Origin: Kiritimatiellia bacterium
GTDB lineage: Bacteria; Verrucomicrobiota; Kiritimatiellia; RFP12; UBA3636
Assembly (NCBI GenBank): GCA_017481725.1
Contig: JAFUOX010000098.1
Location: 43,168 to 107,167 of the forward strand
Reading direction: 5' to 3'
DNA: 64,000 nucleotides
The notes beneath the pieces are model-generated. The model did no database searches. It worked only from the letters and a program-made list of their open reading frames with translations, and was not told where the DNA came from. Positions within the stretch are counted from its first letter, which is position 1. Each line of letters begins with the position of its first letter. Shown here piece by piece: positions 8,883 to 18,469 of this stretch. A program made the translations under genes and the position numbers.

Positions 8883-9614
8883 ATGAGCTGTGCGAGAATT
8901 ATTTGGAAAAGAGAATGCAAAGCAGCACTCCGGTCTCCTGTGGCATGGTGTGTGTTTGCTGGATTTACAGCACTAGTAAGCTTGCTATTTACTGCGGCAC
9001 TTAGGGCTGGAGATGGCTCTTTTGAGCATCTGCCAGCAATGTTTTGTGTTCAGATTTATCTTTGCTTGTGTATTCCAATCTCTTTGTTTACAATGCGTTT
9101 GTTTGCAGAAGAAAAGACAAATGGTACAATTGAAATGCTTATGACTGCACCAGTGCGTGATGTAGATGTGGTAATGGGTAAGTTTTTTGCTGCGTATACA
9201 CTTGTTGTGCTTTCAATAGGTGCTTGCTTTATTGCTTTCCCTTGTTATACGCACATTGCAAATCCACCTCCAGCTTATAGCCAAAATTCCTTGTATGGCG
9301 GAATAATCGCTGTTTTAATTGTTGCCGCAATGTGGTGTGCTATTGGAACTTTTATTTCTATTTTGAGTCGGCACCAATCTGTTTCAGCTGCAGCAACATT
9401 GGTAATAGTATTATCAACAGCTGCGGCATTTACTGGGAATGTGCCAGGCTTTGACCCTTCAGGAATTTGTGATGCAATTGATTTTGCCGATGTTGCACGT
9501 GGGACCTTGGACTCTCGGATGATTTGTGGTGTGGTGTCTTTATTGATTTTCTTTTTGTTTTGCTCTGTGCGTTTACTTGAGTCAAGGCGATGGTGTAATG
9601 CATTACACAATTAA
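8883..9614 (+). CDS. ABC-2 family transporter permease
   Basis: It is a multi-pass hydrophobic protein lying 2 bp after the ATPase gene. The motif EEKTNGTIEMLMTAP is typical of ABC-2/GldF-like permeases. Confidence 0.65.
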   Translation: MSCARIIWKRECKAALRSPVAWCVFAGFTALVSLLFTAALRAGDGSFEHLPAMFCVQIYLCLCIPISLFTMRLFAEEKTNGTIEMLMTAPVRDVDVVMGKFFAAYTLVVLSIGACFIAFPCYTHIANPPPAYSQNSLYGGIIAVLIVAAMWCAIGTFISILSRHQSVSAAATLVIVLSTAAAFTGNVPGFDPSGICDAIDFADVARGTLDSRMICGVVSLLIFFLFCSVRLLESRRWCNALHN

Positions 9615-9692
9615 ATTTTGATGTTTCGATGCGGCTTGGGTCTTAAATTATGATTCAAGTCGTAAAAATTTATAAATATAAAGTAATTGGAT

Positions 9693-10643
9693 ATGGATAA
9701 GAAAAAACTATTTATAGCAACAGCTATTGCTGTGGTATTGGTTGTTTTAATTGGGGCTATTATTGTGGGTGTGGCATGTAGTGACACTGCAGAGCCGATG
9801 GCTAAAAAATTAACACTTGAGGATATAGACCGAATTCCTCGTCGCCCTTCTGTGCTTTGTCTTTCTCCTAGCTTTGTTGAGATAATGTATCGAATTAATC
9901 GAGAAGATCATATCATTGCAGTTACAGAGGGCTGTGATTTTCCATCTGATGCAAAGACATTGCCAAATTTGGGTTCTTCTATAGATTTAGATTGGGAACT
10001 TGTAGAACAGCTTCCAATAGATGTGGTTATGCTTACGCCTTCACATAAGATTGAGCATGCACGATTTGCCAAACTTGGTAAAAAAGTAATAGTTGGAGAT
10101 GTTGTTTCTCTTGATTCTGTTATTAATACAATTTGGACTATTGGGTTGTTGTTTAATGAAGAGGATTTTGTTGAACAATGGATGATGGAGTTAGATTTGG
10201 CTCTAACAGTTTTAAAGAAGAAATCAGTTGCGCGAGATGCTCGTGGGGAAGAAGCCCCAAAGGTTCTTTTTGTATTAGGGCATGAGGAAGACTTTTCAGG
10301 CAAGATTATTGTGGCTGGAGCAAGGTTGTTTTATGGAGATGTAATTGTTAAGGCTGGTGGTGTAAATGCTTTTCAAGGGGCTGTTGAAACAGCTGCTATA
10401 ACTTTTGAAGAATTAGTGGCACTTAAGCCAGATATTGTAATAGATGTTGTGCCTCCAGTTGATTTGTTTCAGCGTTTGGAGTATGAATCAAAAATTAAGT
10501 CCTCGTGGGAAGAGAGATTAAGTAAGGATGAAAAGAATCAGCAACCTATCAAGGTTGAAGTGTTTTCAGAGTCATGGGCACGCCGCCCAGGTCCTCGTGT
10601 AATAGAGCTTATAAATAATGTTGGAAAGATTGTTTTTCAATGA
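9693..10643 (+). CDS. Periplasmic binding protein (BtuF/FecB-like, Peripla_BP_2 type)
   Basis: It has an N-terminal TM/signal anchor. The pattern VLCLSPSFVEIMYRI...IIAVTEGCDFP...LPNLGS...DLDWELVEQLPIDVVML is typical of the family. Confidence 0.65.
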   Translation: MDKKKLFIATAIAVVLVVLIGAIIVGVACSDTAEPMAKKLTLEDIDRIPRRPSVLCLSPSFVEIMYRINREDHIIAVTEGCDFPSDAKTLPNLGSSIDLDWELVEQLPIDVVMLTPSHKIEHARFAKLGKKVIVGDVVSLDSVINTIWTIGLLFNEEDFVEQWMMELDLALTVLKKKSVARDARGEEAPKVLFVLGHEEDFSGKIIVAGARLFYGDVIVKAGGVNAFQGAVETAAITFEELVALKPDIVIDVVPPVDLFQRLEYESKIKSSWEERLSKDEKNQQPIKVEVFSESWARRPGPRVIELINNVGKIVFQ

Positions 10644-11428
10644 TAATTGATTTTCATACACATTGTTTTCCCGATGCAATTGCGGAGAGAGCACTTCCAA
10701 TTATTGCTGAAAAGGGTGGTGTGGTGCCAGCTTCTAATGGTAAAATTAGTGGCTTGTTAGATTCTATGAAGCAAAATGGGGTGGATTACTCTGTAATTTT
10801 GCAAATAGCCACAAAACCAACTCAAAATCACACAGTGAATTCTTGGGCAATCGCTCGTAATGAGCCTGAAATAATTGCTTTTGGCAGTGTGCATCCAAGA
10901 AGTGAGGATTGGGAGCCTGAGCTGGAGCGTCTAGCAGAAGCAGGAATAAAGGGAATAAAGCTTCATCCAGAATATCAGTCGTTTTATGTGGATGACCCAA
11001 TGATGCTGCCGATTTATAGGAAAATATCAGAGCTTGGGTTAATTGTTGTATTTCACGCGGGAGAGGACCCAGGTTATCCTCCTCCAGTACATTTAACACC
11101 AGAGCGCATTATGCGAGTGGCTGATATTCTTCCACAGAGCCGTACAGTGCTTGCGCACATGGGTTCGCGTGGCTATCTTGATGATGTTGCACGTCTAATG
11201 AAGGATACGGAATTTTATTACGATACCGCCTTTTGTTATGATGATCATGATCCTGCACAAATGGTAGATATTATTCTTGAGCATGGGTATGAGAAGATAC
11301 TTATGGCGAGCGATTCTCCGTGGGAATCACAGGCCGATGGTATATCTACTGTTAACAGGCTTGCATTAACAGATGAACAAAAGAAAGCCATTCTTGGGGA
11401 CAATGCACAGCGTTTATTAGGGCTATAG
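10640..11428 (+). CDS. Amidohydrolase-family (TIM-barrel metal-dependent hydrolase) protein
   Basis: The N-terminus is MIIDFHTHCFPD and there is an internal GIKLHPEYQ...FHAGE. The start forms an ATGA overlap with the upstream stop. Confidence 0.7.
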   Translation: MIIDFHTHCFPDAIAERALPIIAEKGGVVPASNGKISGLLDSMKQNGVDYSVILQIATKPTQNHTVNSWAIARNEPEIIAFGSVHPRSEDWEPELERLAEAGIKGIKLHPEYQSFYVDDPMMLPIYRKISELGLIVVFHAGEDPGYPPPVHLTPERIMRVADILPQSRTVLAHMGSRGYLDDVARLMKDTEFYYDTAFCYDDHDPAQMVDIILEHGYEKILMASDSPWESQADGISTVNRLALTDEQKKAILGDNAQRLLGL

Positions 11429-11629
11429 ATGTGATAGAGATTTAATCCTAATTTGGGATTGATGCCTTATTTCACACGTTTATGGTTAAACGGCTAAATT
11501 TTGAAAAATTTGGTTGTATTTGAATGATGCTAATTTTTTTGAATTTGCTTGACTTTGACATCATAAAATGGCAAAGTTATCCACCTTGCTGACCAAAAGC
11601 CAAATATAAACACTTAAGGATAAATCATT

Positions 11630-12559
11630 ATGGCCAGAATAGTTACTGTTAATGCACCAGGTAAAATCAATTTAACATTAGAAATCTTGTCTAAACGTCA
11701 GGATGGATACCATGATTTACGCAGTGTTTTATTGCCTATATCATTATATGAAACAGTAACAGTAGAAGAGCGCGATGATGGGAAAATCACCTTAGAAACT
11801 GTTGGTGAAGGGGTTGATATTTCAGTGTTGGGGGATTGTCCACCGGAAAAGAATTTAGCAGTAAAAGCAGCATGGTTAATGAAAGATATAAGCGGCACTG
11901 GTAAAGGGTGTCATATTCATATAACAAAGCGCGTGCCAATTGGTGCAGGAATGGCTGGAGGCAGTGCAGATGCGGCTGGAACAATGGAGGCACTTCGTGC
12001 ATTGTGGCTTCCAAATATTGATAGGAAAGAGCTTGTTGAGCCATCAGCAATGCTAGGTTCAGATATACCTGGTTTATTGTATGGAGGGGCAATCCTTATG
12101 GAAGGTCGTGGTGAGATAGTTACTCCGATATTTAAGGATGGGGAAAAGGCAGAGAATTGCTTTTGGCTTGTAGTTGCTTTTCCTGGCGTAGCGATTTCTA
12201 CAAAAAAAGTTTACGAAAATTGCATTCCGTGCTTGACTGACAGGTCTAAAATATGCGATAATGCTATCAATTCCGTACGCAAAGGTGATGTACGGGCGGC
12301 ATGTCGATATATTTTCAACGGTTTACAAGATACCGTGTTCAACCAATATCCAGAAACGAAGTGCTTTTACACGGCGCTTGGCAATGGTGGTGCTTTATCT
12401 CAGATGCTCTCGGGCAGTGGGTCAGCAGTTTTTGGTTTAGCAGAAAGTAGGGAGCATGCGCTCGAGATACAGAGCCAGCTTCCGGAAGGGACTTGGAGCA
12501 AAGTCGTTCAGACATTGCCCGATAGTGTAATGGCAGCACATGGGCCTTTGACGCCCTGA
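11630..12559 (+). CDS. ispE: 4-diphosphocytidyl-2-C-methyl-D-erythritol kinase
   Basis: The N-terminus APGKINLTLEI and the GHMP kinase motif PIGAGMAGGSADAAG are present. The last 44 nt of the ORF overlap the tRNA-Gln gene. Confidence 0.85.
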   Translation: MARIVTVNAPGKINLTLEILSKRQDGYHDLRSVLLPISLYETVTVEERDDGKITLETVGEGVDISVLGDCPPEKNLAVKAAWLMKDISGTGKGCHIHITKRVPIGAGMAGGSADAAGTMEALRALWLPNIDRKELVEPSAMLGSDIPGLLYGGAILMEGRGEIVTPIFKDGEKAENCFWLVVAFPGVAISTKKVYENCIPCLTDRSKICDNAINSVRKGDVRAACRYIFNGLQDTVFNQYPETKCFYTALGNGGALSQMLSGSGSAVFGLAESREHALEIQSQLPEGTWSKVVQTLPDSVMAAHGPLTP

Positions 12560-12589
12560 GTTATGGTTCGAATCCATATCGGGCAACCA
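12516..12589 (+). tRNA. tRNA-Gln (anticodon UUG), CCA encoded
   Basis: A hand-folded cloverleaf fits. Acceptor is TGCCCGA/TCGGGCA (U1-A72), D-stem GTGT/GCAC, anticodon stem TGGGC/GCCCT with loop CTTTGAC. T-arm is TATGG-TTCGAAT-CCATA, discriminator A, then CCA. Confidence 0.9.
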
Positions 12590-12684
12590 TTTTTCCTCTA
12601 ACTGAGGATTTGGTTGCAAAACAAGTCTCACATTAAAACTTTTGTTACTTACAACCAAAAATATTTAAAAAGTGAGAGCTGACC

Positions 12685-13611
12685 GTGAAAATCTTTTCCG
12701 GAAATTCAAATAGAAAGCTAGCAGGTAGCATTGCATCATATCTAGGCGTAGAGCTTGGAGCTGCAGATGTTATTTCCTTCCCAGATGGTGAATCATTTGT
12801 TAAAATTAATGAGTGTGTTCGTGGTGAAGATTGCTATGCTGTTCAATCAGTTTGTGGTAGACCAAATGAAATGCTAATGGAGCTATTGATTATGATTGAT
12901 GCTCTAAGGCGTGCTTCTGCAGCAAGAATTACTGCGGTTCTACCTATATATGGCTATGCACGCCAAGATCGTAAGGATCAACCACGTGTGCCAATAACAG
13001 CAAAGTTAGTAGCTAATCTACTAACAGCTGCAGGTGCAGATCGTGTGCTAACTATGGATCTTCATGCAGCTCAAATTGTAGGATATTTTGATATACCAGT
13101 TGATCACCTACATGCATCTCCTGTTATTGTAAAATATCTTAAGGATAAGAATTTGGAAAAACCAGTAATTGTTGCACCAGATACTGGTAGTGTTAAGAAT
13201 GCGTATGCATACTCAAGAATGTTTGGCTGCGGTTTAGCAATTGTTGCTAAGCAGCGTAAGGGCGCAGATGAGGTTGAGGCTTTCTCACTAGTTGGTGATG
13301 TCGATGGTTGTGATGTAATAATGATTGACGATTTGACCAGCACCTGTGGCACTCTTTGTGCTGCTGCAAACCTTGTAAAGAAGCATGGTGCTAAAAATGT
13401 TTATGCTGCTGTAACTCATGGCCTACTAAATGCTCAAGGCCGCGAGCGTTTAAGCAATTCATCAATTTCAGAGTTAATCGTAACTGATACAGTCCCTCAG
13501 GATCATCCTCCAGAGCTACCAATCACAGTGCTTTCAGTAGCAGATTTGTTTGGTGAGGCTATTAGACGTATCAATGAGGATAGCTCAATTAGCACCTTGT
13601 TTTCAATGTAA
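12685..13611 (+). CDS. prs: Ribose-phosphate pyrophosphokinase
   Basis: Motifs YGYARQDRK, MDLHAAQIVGYFDIPVD and IMIDDLTSTCGT are present. The start codon is GTG. Confidence 0.95.
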   Translation: MKIFSGNSNRKLAGSIASYLGVELGAADVISFPDGESFVKINECVRGEDCYAVQSVCGRPNEMLMELLIMIDALRRASAARITAVLPIYGYARQDRKDQPRVPITAKLVANLLTAAGADRVLTMDLHAAQIVGYFDIPVDHLHASPVIVKYLKDKNLEKPVIVAPDTGSVKNAYAYSRMFGCGLAIVAKQRKGADEVEAFSLVGDVDGCDVIMIDDLTSTCGTLCAAANLVKKHGAKNVYAAVTHGLLNAQGRERLSNSSISELIVTDTVPQDHPPELPITVLSVADLFGEAIRRINEDSSISTLFSM

Positions 13612-13719
13612 TGAATTTTTCGCTTAGTCACAACAGGTAAGACAAGCGACAACATTGTAAAGAAAATAATAACCGTAAAATAACAAAGCCCCGCTGTTGG
13701 GGGTAGGAGAAAATAAAAA

Positions 13720-14013
13720 ATGGCAGATGAAATCTCAGTGAATGCAGAGCTACGCACAGAGAGTGGTTCTACAGCTGCACGCCGATTGCGCCGTTCTGGC
13801 ATAATTCCGGCTGTGCTTGCCAGCACAAATGGAGAAGCAATACTTCTCAAGTTGAACGCTCATGATTTTGGGCGTGCACTAATCAAGCATACCATGCAGG
13901 ATGTTGTAGCAATCAACTTCGATGGTAAGGTAGTTAAGGCAATTATGCGTGAAGTACAACGCGATAGCCTAACTGGTGCAATTACACACGTCGATTTTGG
14001 CGAGCTTGCATAG
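13720..14013 (+). CDS. rplY: 50S ribosomal protein L25 (short form)
   Basis: The sequence contains RTESGSTAARRLRRSGIIPAVL.... It sits in the conserved prs-L25-pth position. Confidence 0.8.
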   Translation: MADEISVNAELRTESGSTAARRLRRSGIIPAVLASTNGEAILLKLNAHDFGRALIKHTMQDVVAINFDGKVVKAIMREVQRDSLTGAITHVDFGELA

Positions 14014-14078
14014 GTTTAAGGAGAATCTTGTAACGGGAATTGTTTCACATAGAATTTGTTTGATGTGAATGAGTAAAA

Positions 14079-14699
14079 ATGAAGGTAATTGCAGGTCTAG
14101 GAAATCCAGGAAATGAATATGTGCAGACGCCACATAATGCTGGCTTTGATGCAATAGATTTTCTATGCAATACCACAGGTTGCTCTCTAAGCAAGGAAAA
14201 ACGCTTTAAGGCAGAGGTTGGCAAAACAACAATAGGCAATGAAGCGGTCTTACTTGTAAAACCACAGACTTACATGAACCTAAGTGGAGAAGCTCTATCA
14301 GCAATTCTAAACTACTATAAGCTAAAGACAACAGACCTAATCGTTCTTTGTGATGATGTAAATCTTCCACCAGCTCGCCTTAGATTGCGTGCAGAAGGAA
14401 GCCACGGCGGCCACAACGGGCTACGCTCAATAATTGAGCAGCTAGGAGCAGCCAACTTTACAAGAGTTCGCATTGGAGTAGGACGAGGAGAACACCAGGA
14501 AGGTGAACTAATCGGGCATGTCTTAGGAAAATACTCCAAGGAGCGAGCAGAGCTAATGGCAGAAGCTTGTCAAAGAGCCGCCAAAGCCGCAGCAAGAATA
14601 GTAGAAACAGATATTGTAACAGCAATGAATGAGTTTAACGCAGCTCCAGTTCAAAAACAAGATTCAGAAGCAAAAGAAATTTCAAAAATTAAGGAATAA
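14079..14699 (+). CDS. pth: Peptidyl-tRNA hydrolase
   Basis: Motifs GLGNPGNEYVQTPHNAGF and GSHGGHNGLRS are present. Confidence 0.9.
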   Translation: MKVIAGLGNPGNEYVQTPHNAGFDAIDFLCNTTGCSLSKEKRFKAEVGKTTIGNEAVLLVKPQTYMNLSGEALSAILNYYKLKTTDLIVLCDDVNLPPARLRLRAEGSHGGHNGLRSIIEQLGAANFTRVRIGVGRGEHQEGELIGHVLGKYSKERAELMAEACQRAAKAAARIVETDIVTAMNEFNAAPVQKQDSEAKEISKIKE

Positions 14700-14704
14700 A
14701 AATT

Positions 14705-15091
14705 ATGCCAAGAAATTATGAAGCACTGCTAATCTTTGCAGGCAATGTAAATGAAGATTCATTAGACAAGGCTATCGAACGCGCTAACGGCGATATCGAG
14801 AAGCTTGGCGGTAAAATTGAATCAGTTGAGAACCTAGGACGTAAGCAGTTCGCTCGCGTTATGGGTAAGTGCGAGAGCGGCGTATATGTAAAGACACGCT
14901 TTGCTATCGAGCCAGAGCAGATTTCTGCAATTCATGCACGTTTTGCTCTAAATGACGAGTGCTTTCGCATTCAGATCATCCTACGTAATGAGCGCATTGA
15001 GGCAGCAAAGAAGATTGACGATGCTCGCCGTGCAGCTTATAAGGCAAAGGTAGCTGAGGCAGCTGCTGCTGAGACAACAGAAGAGGCATAA
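14705..15091 (+). CDS. rpsF: 30S ribosomal protein S6
   Basis: The N-terminus is MPRNYEALLIF. The gene sits in rpsF-ssb-rpsR-rplI synteny. Confidence 0.9.
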   Translation: MPRNYEALLIFAGNVNEDSLDKAIERANGDIEKLGGKIESVENLGRKQFARVMGKCESGVYVKTRFAIEPEQISAIHARFALNDECFRIQIILRNERIEAAKKIDDARRAAYKAKVAEAAAAETTEEA

Positions 15092-15150
15092 GCAAGCCCA
15101 GCCTATGTTTGAAGCCTATATAAGTACAGAATTCAAAGGAGAATGTTAAT

Positions 15151-15615
15151 ATGCCCAGCTTTAATAAAGTAATATTAATGGGAAATCTCACTAGAGACCC
15201 AGAGTTGCGTCGTACACCTACAGGATCGGTCGTATGCGATATTCGCCTTGCTGTAAGCGAAACCTTTCGTGATAAAGCAGGAGAGCGTGTTGAACGCACT
15301 GTATTTATTGATGTTTCAACTTGGGGCCAGCAGGCTGAATCCTGTGGTAAGTATCTCCGTAAAGGTATGCCAGTCTTTATTGATGGCCGCCTACAATACG
15401 ATGAGTGGAAAACACCAACAGGTGAGTCTAGGAGCAAGATTCGTGTTGTCGCATCACGCGTTCAATTTATGTCACCAATCGTAAATGGTGGTACTGCTGT
15501 AACAAATCAGCAGAATCGCTTGTCTTCTGATCAGGTTCTTCCTCCTCCTGAGGTTGATAGCTATCAGTCGCATGAGCCAATGATGCCAGATGATATGGAA
15601 GATGTTCCTTTTTAA
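15151..15615 (+). CDS. ssb: Single-stranded DNA-binding protein
   Basis: The OB-fold N-terminus is FNKVILMGNLTRDPELR. The acidic C-terminal tip is ...DDMEDVPF. Confidence 0.9.
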   Translation: MPSFNKVILMGNLTRDPELRRTPTGSVVCDIRLAVSETFRDKAGERVERTVFIDVSTWGQQAESCGKYLRKGMPVFIDGRLQYDEWKTPTGESRSKIRVVASRVQFMSPIVNGGTAVTNQQNRLSSDQVLPPPEVDSYQSHEPMMPDDMEDVPF

Positions 15616-15654
15616 GTTTAATTTAATAACCAAAGAAAAAAGTTAGGAGAAGCT

Positions 15655-15885
15655 ATGCCAATCCGTAAAGATTCAAAAAACCGTAGACCTGAGACACCAA
15701 TTCGCAAGAAGACTCCAAATGGAGATATTCAGGTAATCGATATCAATGATGTAGAGTTCCTTCGTAGTTTTGTAAGCGAGCAGGGAAAGATACTTCCACA
15801 ACGCCTAACCGGCTTAAGCAGCGCTCAGCAGCGCAAGGTTAAGCAGGGTGTACGTCGTGCACGTAGCATGGGCTTAATGATGTAA
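15655..15885 (+). CDS. rpsR: 30S ribosomal protein S18
   Basis: Motifs FVSEQGKILPQRLTGLSSAQQRKV and RRARSMGL are present. Confidence 0.9.
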   Translation: MPIRKDSKNRRPETPIRKKTPNGDIQVIDINDVEFLRSFVSEQGKILPQRLTGLSSAQQRKVKQGVRRARSMGLMM

Positions 15886-15914
15886 TAATATCAATAAAGA
15901 AAGAGAGAAAAACA

Positions 15915-16370
15915 ATGTCAGTAGAACTCCTTCTTCTTAAGGATGTTGCAGATCTAGGTAACCAGGGTGATACCGTAACAGTTGCTAATGGATATGCTCG
16001 TAATTATCTTATTCCTAATGGCTATGCAGAGCCACTAACAGAAGCAGCTAGCCGCCGCATCGCAAAGCTAAAGGCAGAGCGTGAGGCACGCGTTCAGGCT
16101 GCTCTAGCTGCAGCTAAGGCTGTTGCTGCTAAGCTTAAGGATGTCGCTGTTACAATTACAGCTAAAACAACTGATGGCGAGGCTCTATATGGTTCTGTAA
16201 ATGCTGCTCAGATTGTTGCTGCTCTTAAGGAGCAGAACATTGATGGCGTTGAAGAGTCAATGGTTGCTCTTGAAGATGTTATCAAGGCAGTTGGTGCATA
16301 CGATGTAGTTATCAAGGTATGTGCTGAGGTTTCTGAGACAATCAAGGTTTGGGTTGTTGCAGAGGCTTAA
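15915..16370 (+). CDS. rplI: 50S ribosomal protein L9
   Basis: The sequence contains LLKDVADLGNQGDTVTVANGYARNYLIP. Confidence 0.9.
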   Translation: MSVELLLLKDVADLGNQGDTVTVANGYARNYLIPNGYAEPLTEAASRRIAKLKAEREARVQAALAAAKAVAAKLKDVAVTITAKTTDGEALYGSVNAAQIVAALKEQNIDGVEESMVALEDVIKAVGAYDVVIKVCAEVSETIKVWVVAEA

Positions 16371-16396
16371 TTAGATAAAATCTAATTTAATATAAC

Positions 16397-16425
16397 AAAA
16401 AAGCGTCCTTCGGGGGCGCTTTTTT
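16397..16425 (+). terminator. Rho-independent terminator after rplI
   Basis: The structure is aaaaaa-GCGTCC-ttcg(g)-GGGGCGC-tttttt. The flanking A and T runs make it potentially bidirectional. Confidence 0.8.
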
Positions 16426-16438
16426 GTTATATGCGGTC

Positions 16439-16480
16439 TGCAAAAGTAAATGCATCAAATTTGGTGCATTTACTTTTGCA
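16439..16480. repeat. 42-bp near-perfect palindrome
   Basis: The arms tgcaaaagtaaatgca (16439-16454) and tgcatttacttttgca (16465-16480) are perfect 16-bp complements. They are separated by tcaaatttgg. Confidence 0.85.
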
Positions 16481-16606
16481 AATTACAATTGATGAATTTA
16501 GATTTATTGTTTTATTGTTTTAATTGACTTTGTATCACAAAAAATAGTATTATATATTTTCATTTTTGGTAAGAAAATTCTATTCATATTATAGAAGGAA
16601 AAAATT

Positions 16607-18418
16607 ATGCATCCATTCCGTACACATACATGTAACGATTTACGCCCAGAGCATGCAGGTCAAGAGGTTAGACTTTCTGGCTGGGTATTCCATAAGCGCG
16701 ATCATGGTGGTATTCTATTTATCGACCTACGTGACCATTATGGCCGCACTCAGGTAATTATTCACCCATCTCGCAGCTTCTTCGAGCGTTGCTCCAATGT
16801 TCGTCTAGAGAGTGTTTTAACTATTACAGGTAATGTTGTTGTTCGTGAACCAGAGATGGTTAACCACGATATCCCAACAGGTGCTATTGAGCTAGTAGCT
16901 GAGGATGTTATCTTCGAGTCTGAGGCAGAAATTACTCCAATTTACCTTGCTGGTGAATCAGATGAGGTTGGTCCAGAGGAGCTACGCCTAAAGTATCGCT
17001 ACCTTGACCTACGTCGTGAAAGCCTACACAATAACATACTTCTTCGTTCTAAGGTTATTAGCTTCCTACGTGAGAAGATGACATCTCTTGGCTTTAATGA
17101 GTTTCAAACACCAATTCTAACCTCTAGCTCTCCAGAGGGCGCACGTGACTACCTAGTACCAAGCCGTGTACATCCAGGTCAGTTCTATGCACTACCTCAG
17201 GCTCCACAGATTTTTAAGCAGCTATTGATGGTTGCTGGCTTTGACCGCTACTTCCAAATTGCTCCTTGCTTCCGCGATGAGGATGGCCGTGCAGACCGTT
17301 CACCAGGTGAGTTCTATCAGCTTGATATCGAAATGAGCTTTGTAACTCAAGATGATATCTTCAAGATTGTTGAAGAGGTTTTGCAGGAGACCTTCCGCAA
17401 GTTCAGCACAAAGAAGCTTGATGATGGTCCATTTGTACGCATTCCATATCGTGAGGCAATGCTAAAGTATGGTTCAGACAAGCCAGATTTACGTATTCCT
17501 ATTGAGATGTTTGATGTTTCAGATATCTTTGGTGCTTCTGGTTTTGGTGCATTTGCTAAGGCAGTTGCTGGTGGTGCAGTTGTTCGTGCAATCCCAGTTA
17601 AGGGTATTGCTTCTCAGCCACGTAGCTTCTTTGATAAGCTTGAAGGCTATGCAAAGGAGCAGGGTGCTAAGGGTCTAGGATATATCTCTTGGAAGGATGG
17701 CGAGCTAAAGGGGCCTATCGTTAAGTTCATGACACCAGAAGAGCTAGATGAATTAGCAAAGCGTGGTAACATGACAGAGGGCGATGTAATGTTCTTTATG
17801 TGCGATAAGCCAGCTGTTGCTGCAAAGCTAGCAGGAGATATTCGCCTAAAGCTAGGTCGCGACCTCAACATGATTGACAAGGACGTTTATAAGTTCTGCT
17901 GGATTGTTGACTTCCCAATGTTTGAGCGTGATGAAGAGACTGGTGATGTTATTTTCTCACACAATCCATTCTCAATGCCACAGGGCGGTATGGATTCATT
18001 GTTGAATAAGGATCCACTTGAGGTTCTAGCATATCAGTACGACGTTGTATGTAACGGTGTTGAGCTATCCTCTGGTGCTATTCGTAACCACAGCCTAGAA
18101 ATCATGCTTAAGGCATTTGATATTGCTGGTTATGCTCCTGAGGTAGTATTTGACCGCTTCCCAGCATTGTCTGGTGCATTTAAGTATGGTGCTCCTCCTC
18201 ACGGAGGTATCGCACCAGGTGTTGATCGTATGGTAATGCTACTTGCAGATGCAGAAAACATTCGTGAGGTAATCGCATTCCCAATGAATCAGCGTGCTCA
18301 GGATTTGATGATGAACGCACCTGCTCCTGTAACAGAGAAGCAGCTCCGCGAGCTTCATATTAAGGTTCGAGCACAGAATGTTCAACCAAATGCTGCGGCA
18401 ACACAGCCACAGGCATAA
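16607..18418 (+). CDS. aspS: Aspartate--tRNA ligase
   Basis: Class II motifs [27 protein letters not shown] and [13 protein letters not shown] are present. Length is 603 aa. Confidence 0.95.
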   Translation: MHPFRTHTCNDLRPEHAGQEVRLSGWVFHKRDHGGILFIDLRDHYGRTQVIIHPSRSFFERCSNVRLESVLTITGNVVVREPEMVNHDIPTGAIELVAEDVIFESEAEITPIYLAGESDEVGPEELRLKYRYLDLRRESLHNNILLRSKVISFLREKMTSLGFNEFQTPILTSSSPEGARDYLVPSRVHPGQFYALPQAPQIFKQLLMVAGFDRYFQIAPCFRDEDGRADRSPGEFYQLDIEMSFVTQDDIFKIVEEVLQETFRKFSTKKLDDGPFVRIPYREAMLKYGSDKPDLRIPIEMFDVSDIFGASGFGAFAKAVAGGAVVRAIPVKGIASQPRSFFDKLEGYAKEQGAKGLGYISWKDGELKGPIVKFMTPEELDELAKRGNMTEGDVMFFMCDKPAVAAKLAGDIRLKLGRDLNMIDKDVYKFCWIVDFPMFERDEETGDVIFSHNPFSMPQGGMDSLLNKDPLEVLAYQYDVVCNGVELSSGAIRNHSLEIMLKAFDIAGYAPEVVFDRFPALSGAFKYGAPPHGGIAPGVDRMVMLLADAENIREVIAFPMNQRAQDLMMNAPAPVTEKQLRELHIKVRAQNVQPNAAATQPQA

Positions 18419-18422
18419 CTTC

Positions 18423-18451
18423 AAAAAAGCGTCCTTCGGGGCGCTTTTTTT
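18423..18451 (+). terminator. Rho-independent terminator after aspS
   Basis: The structure is aaaaaa-GCGTCC-ttcg-GGGCGC-ttttttt. Confidence 0.85.
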
Positions 18452-18469
18452 GTTAAATATAGCGGTACC

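Noticed and set aside
12590-12684. A possible leader or riboswitch between tRNA-Gln and prs. Similarly, one upstream of rplY at 13612-13719.
   Set aside because: Only a weak hairpin (ggttgcaaaac...ttgttacttacaacc) is visible. I recognise no known riboswitch consensus.
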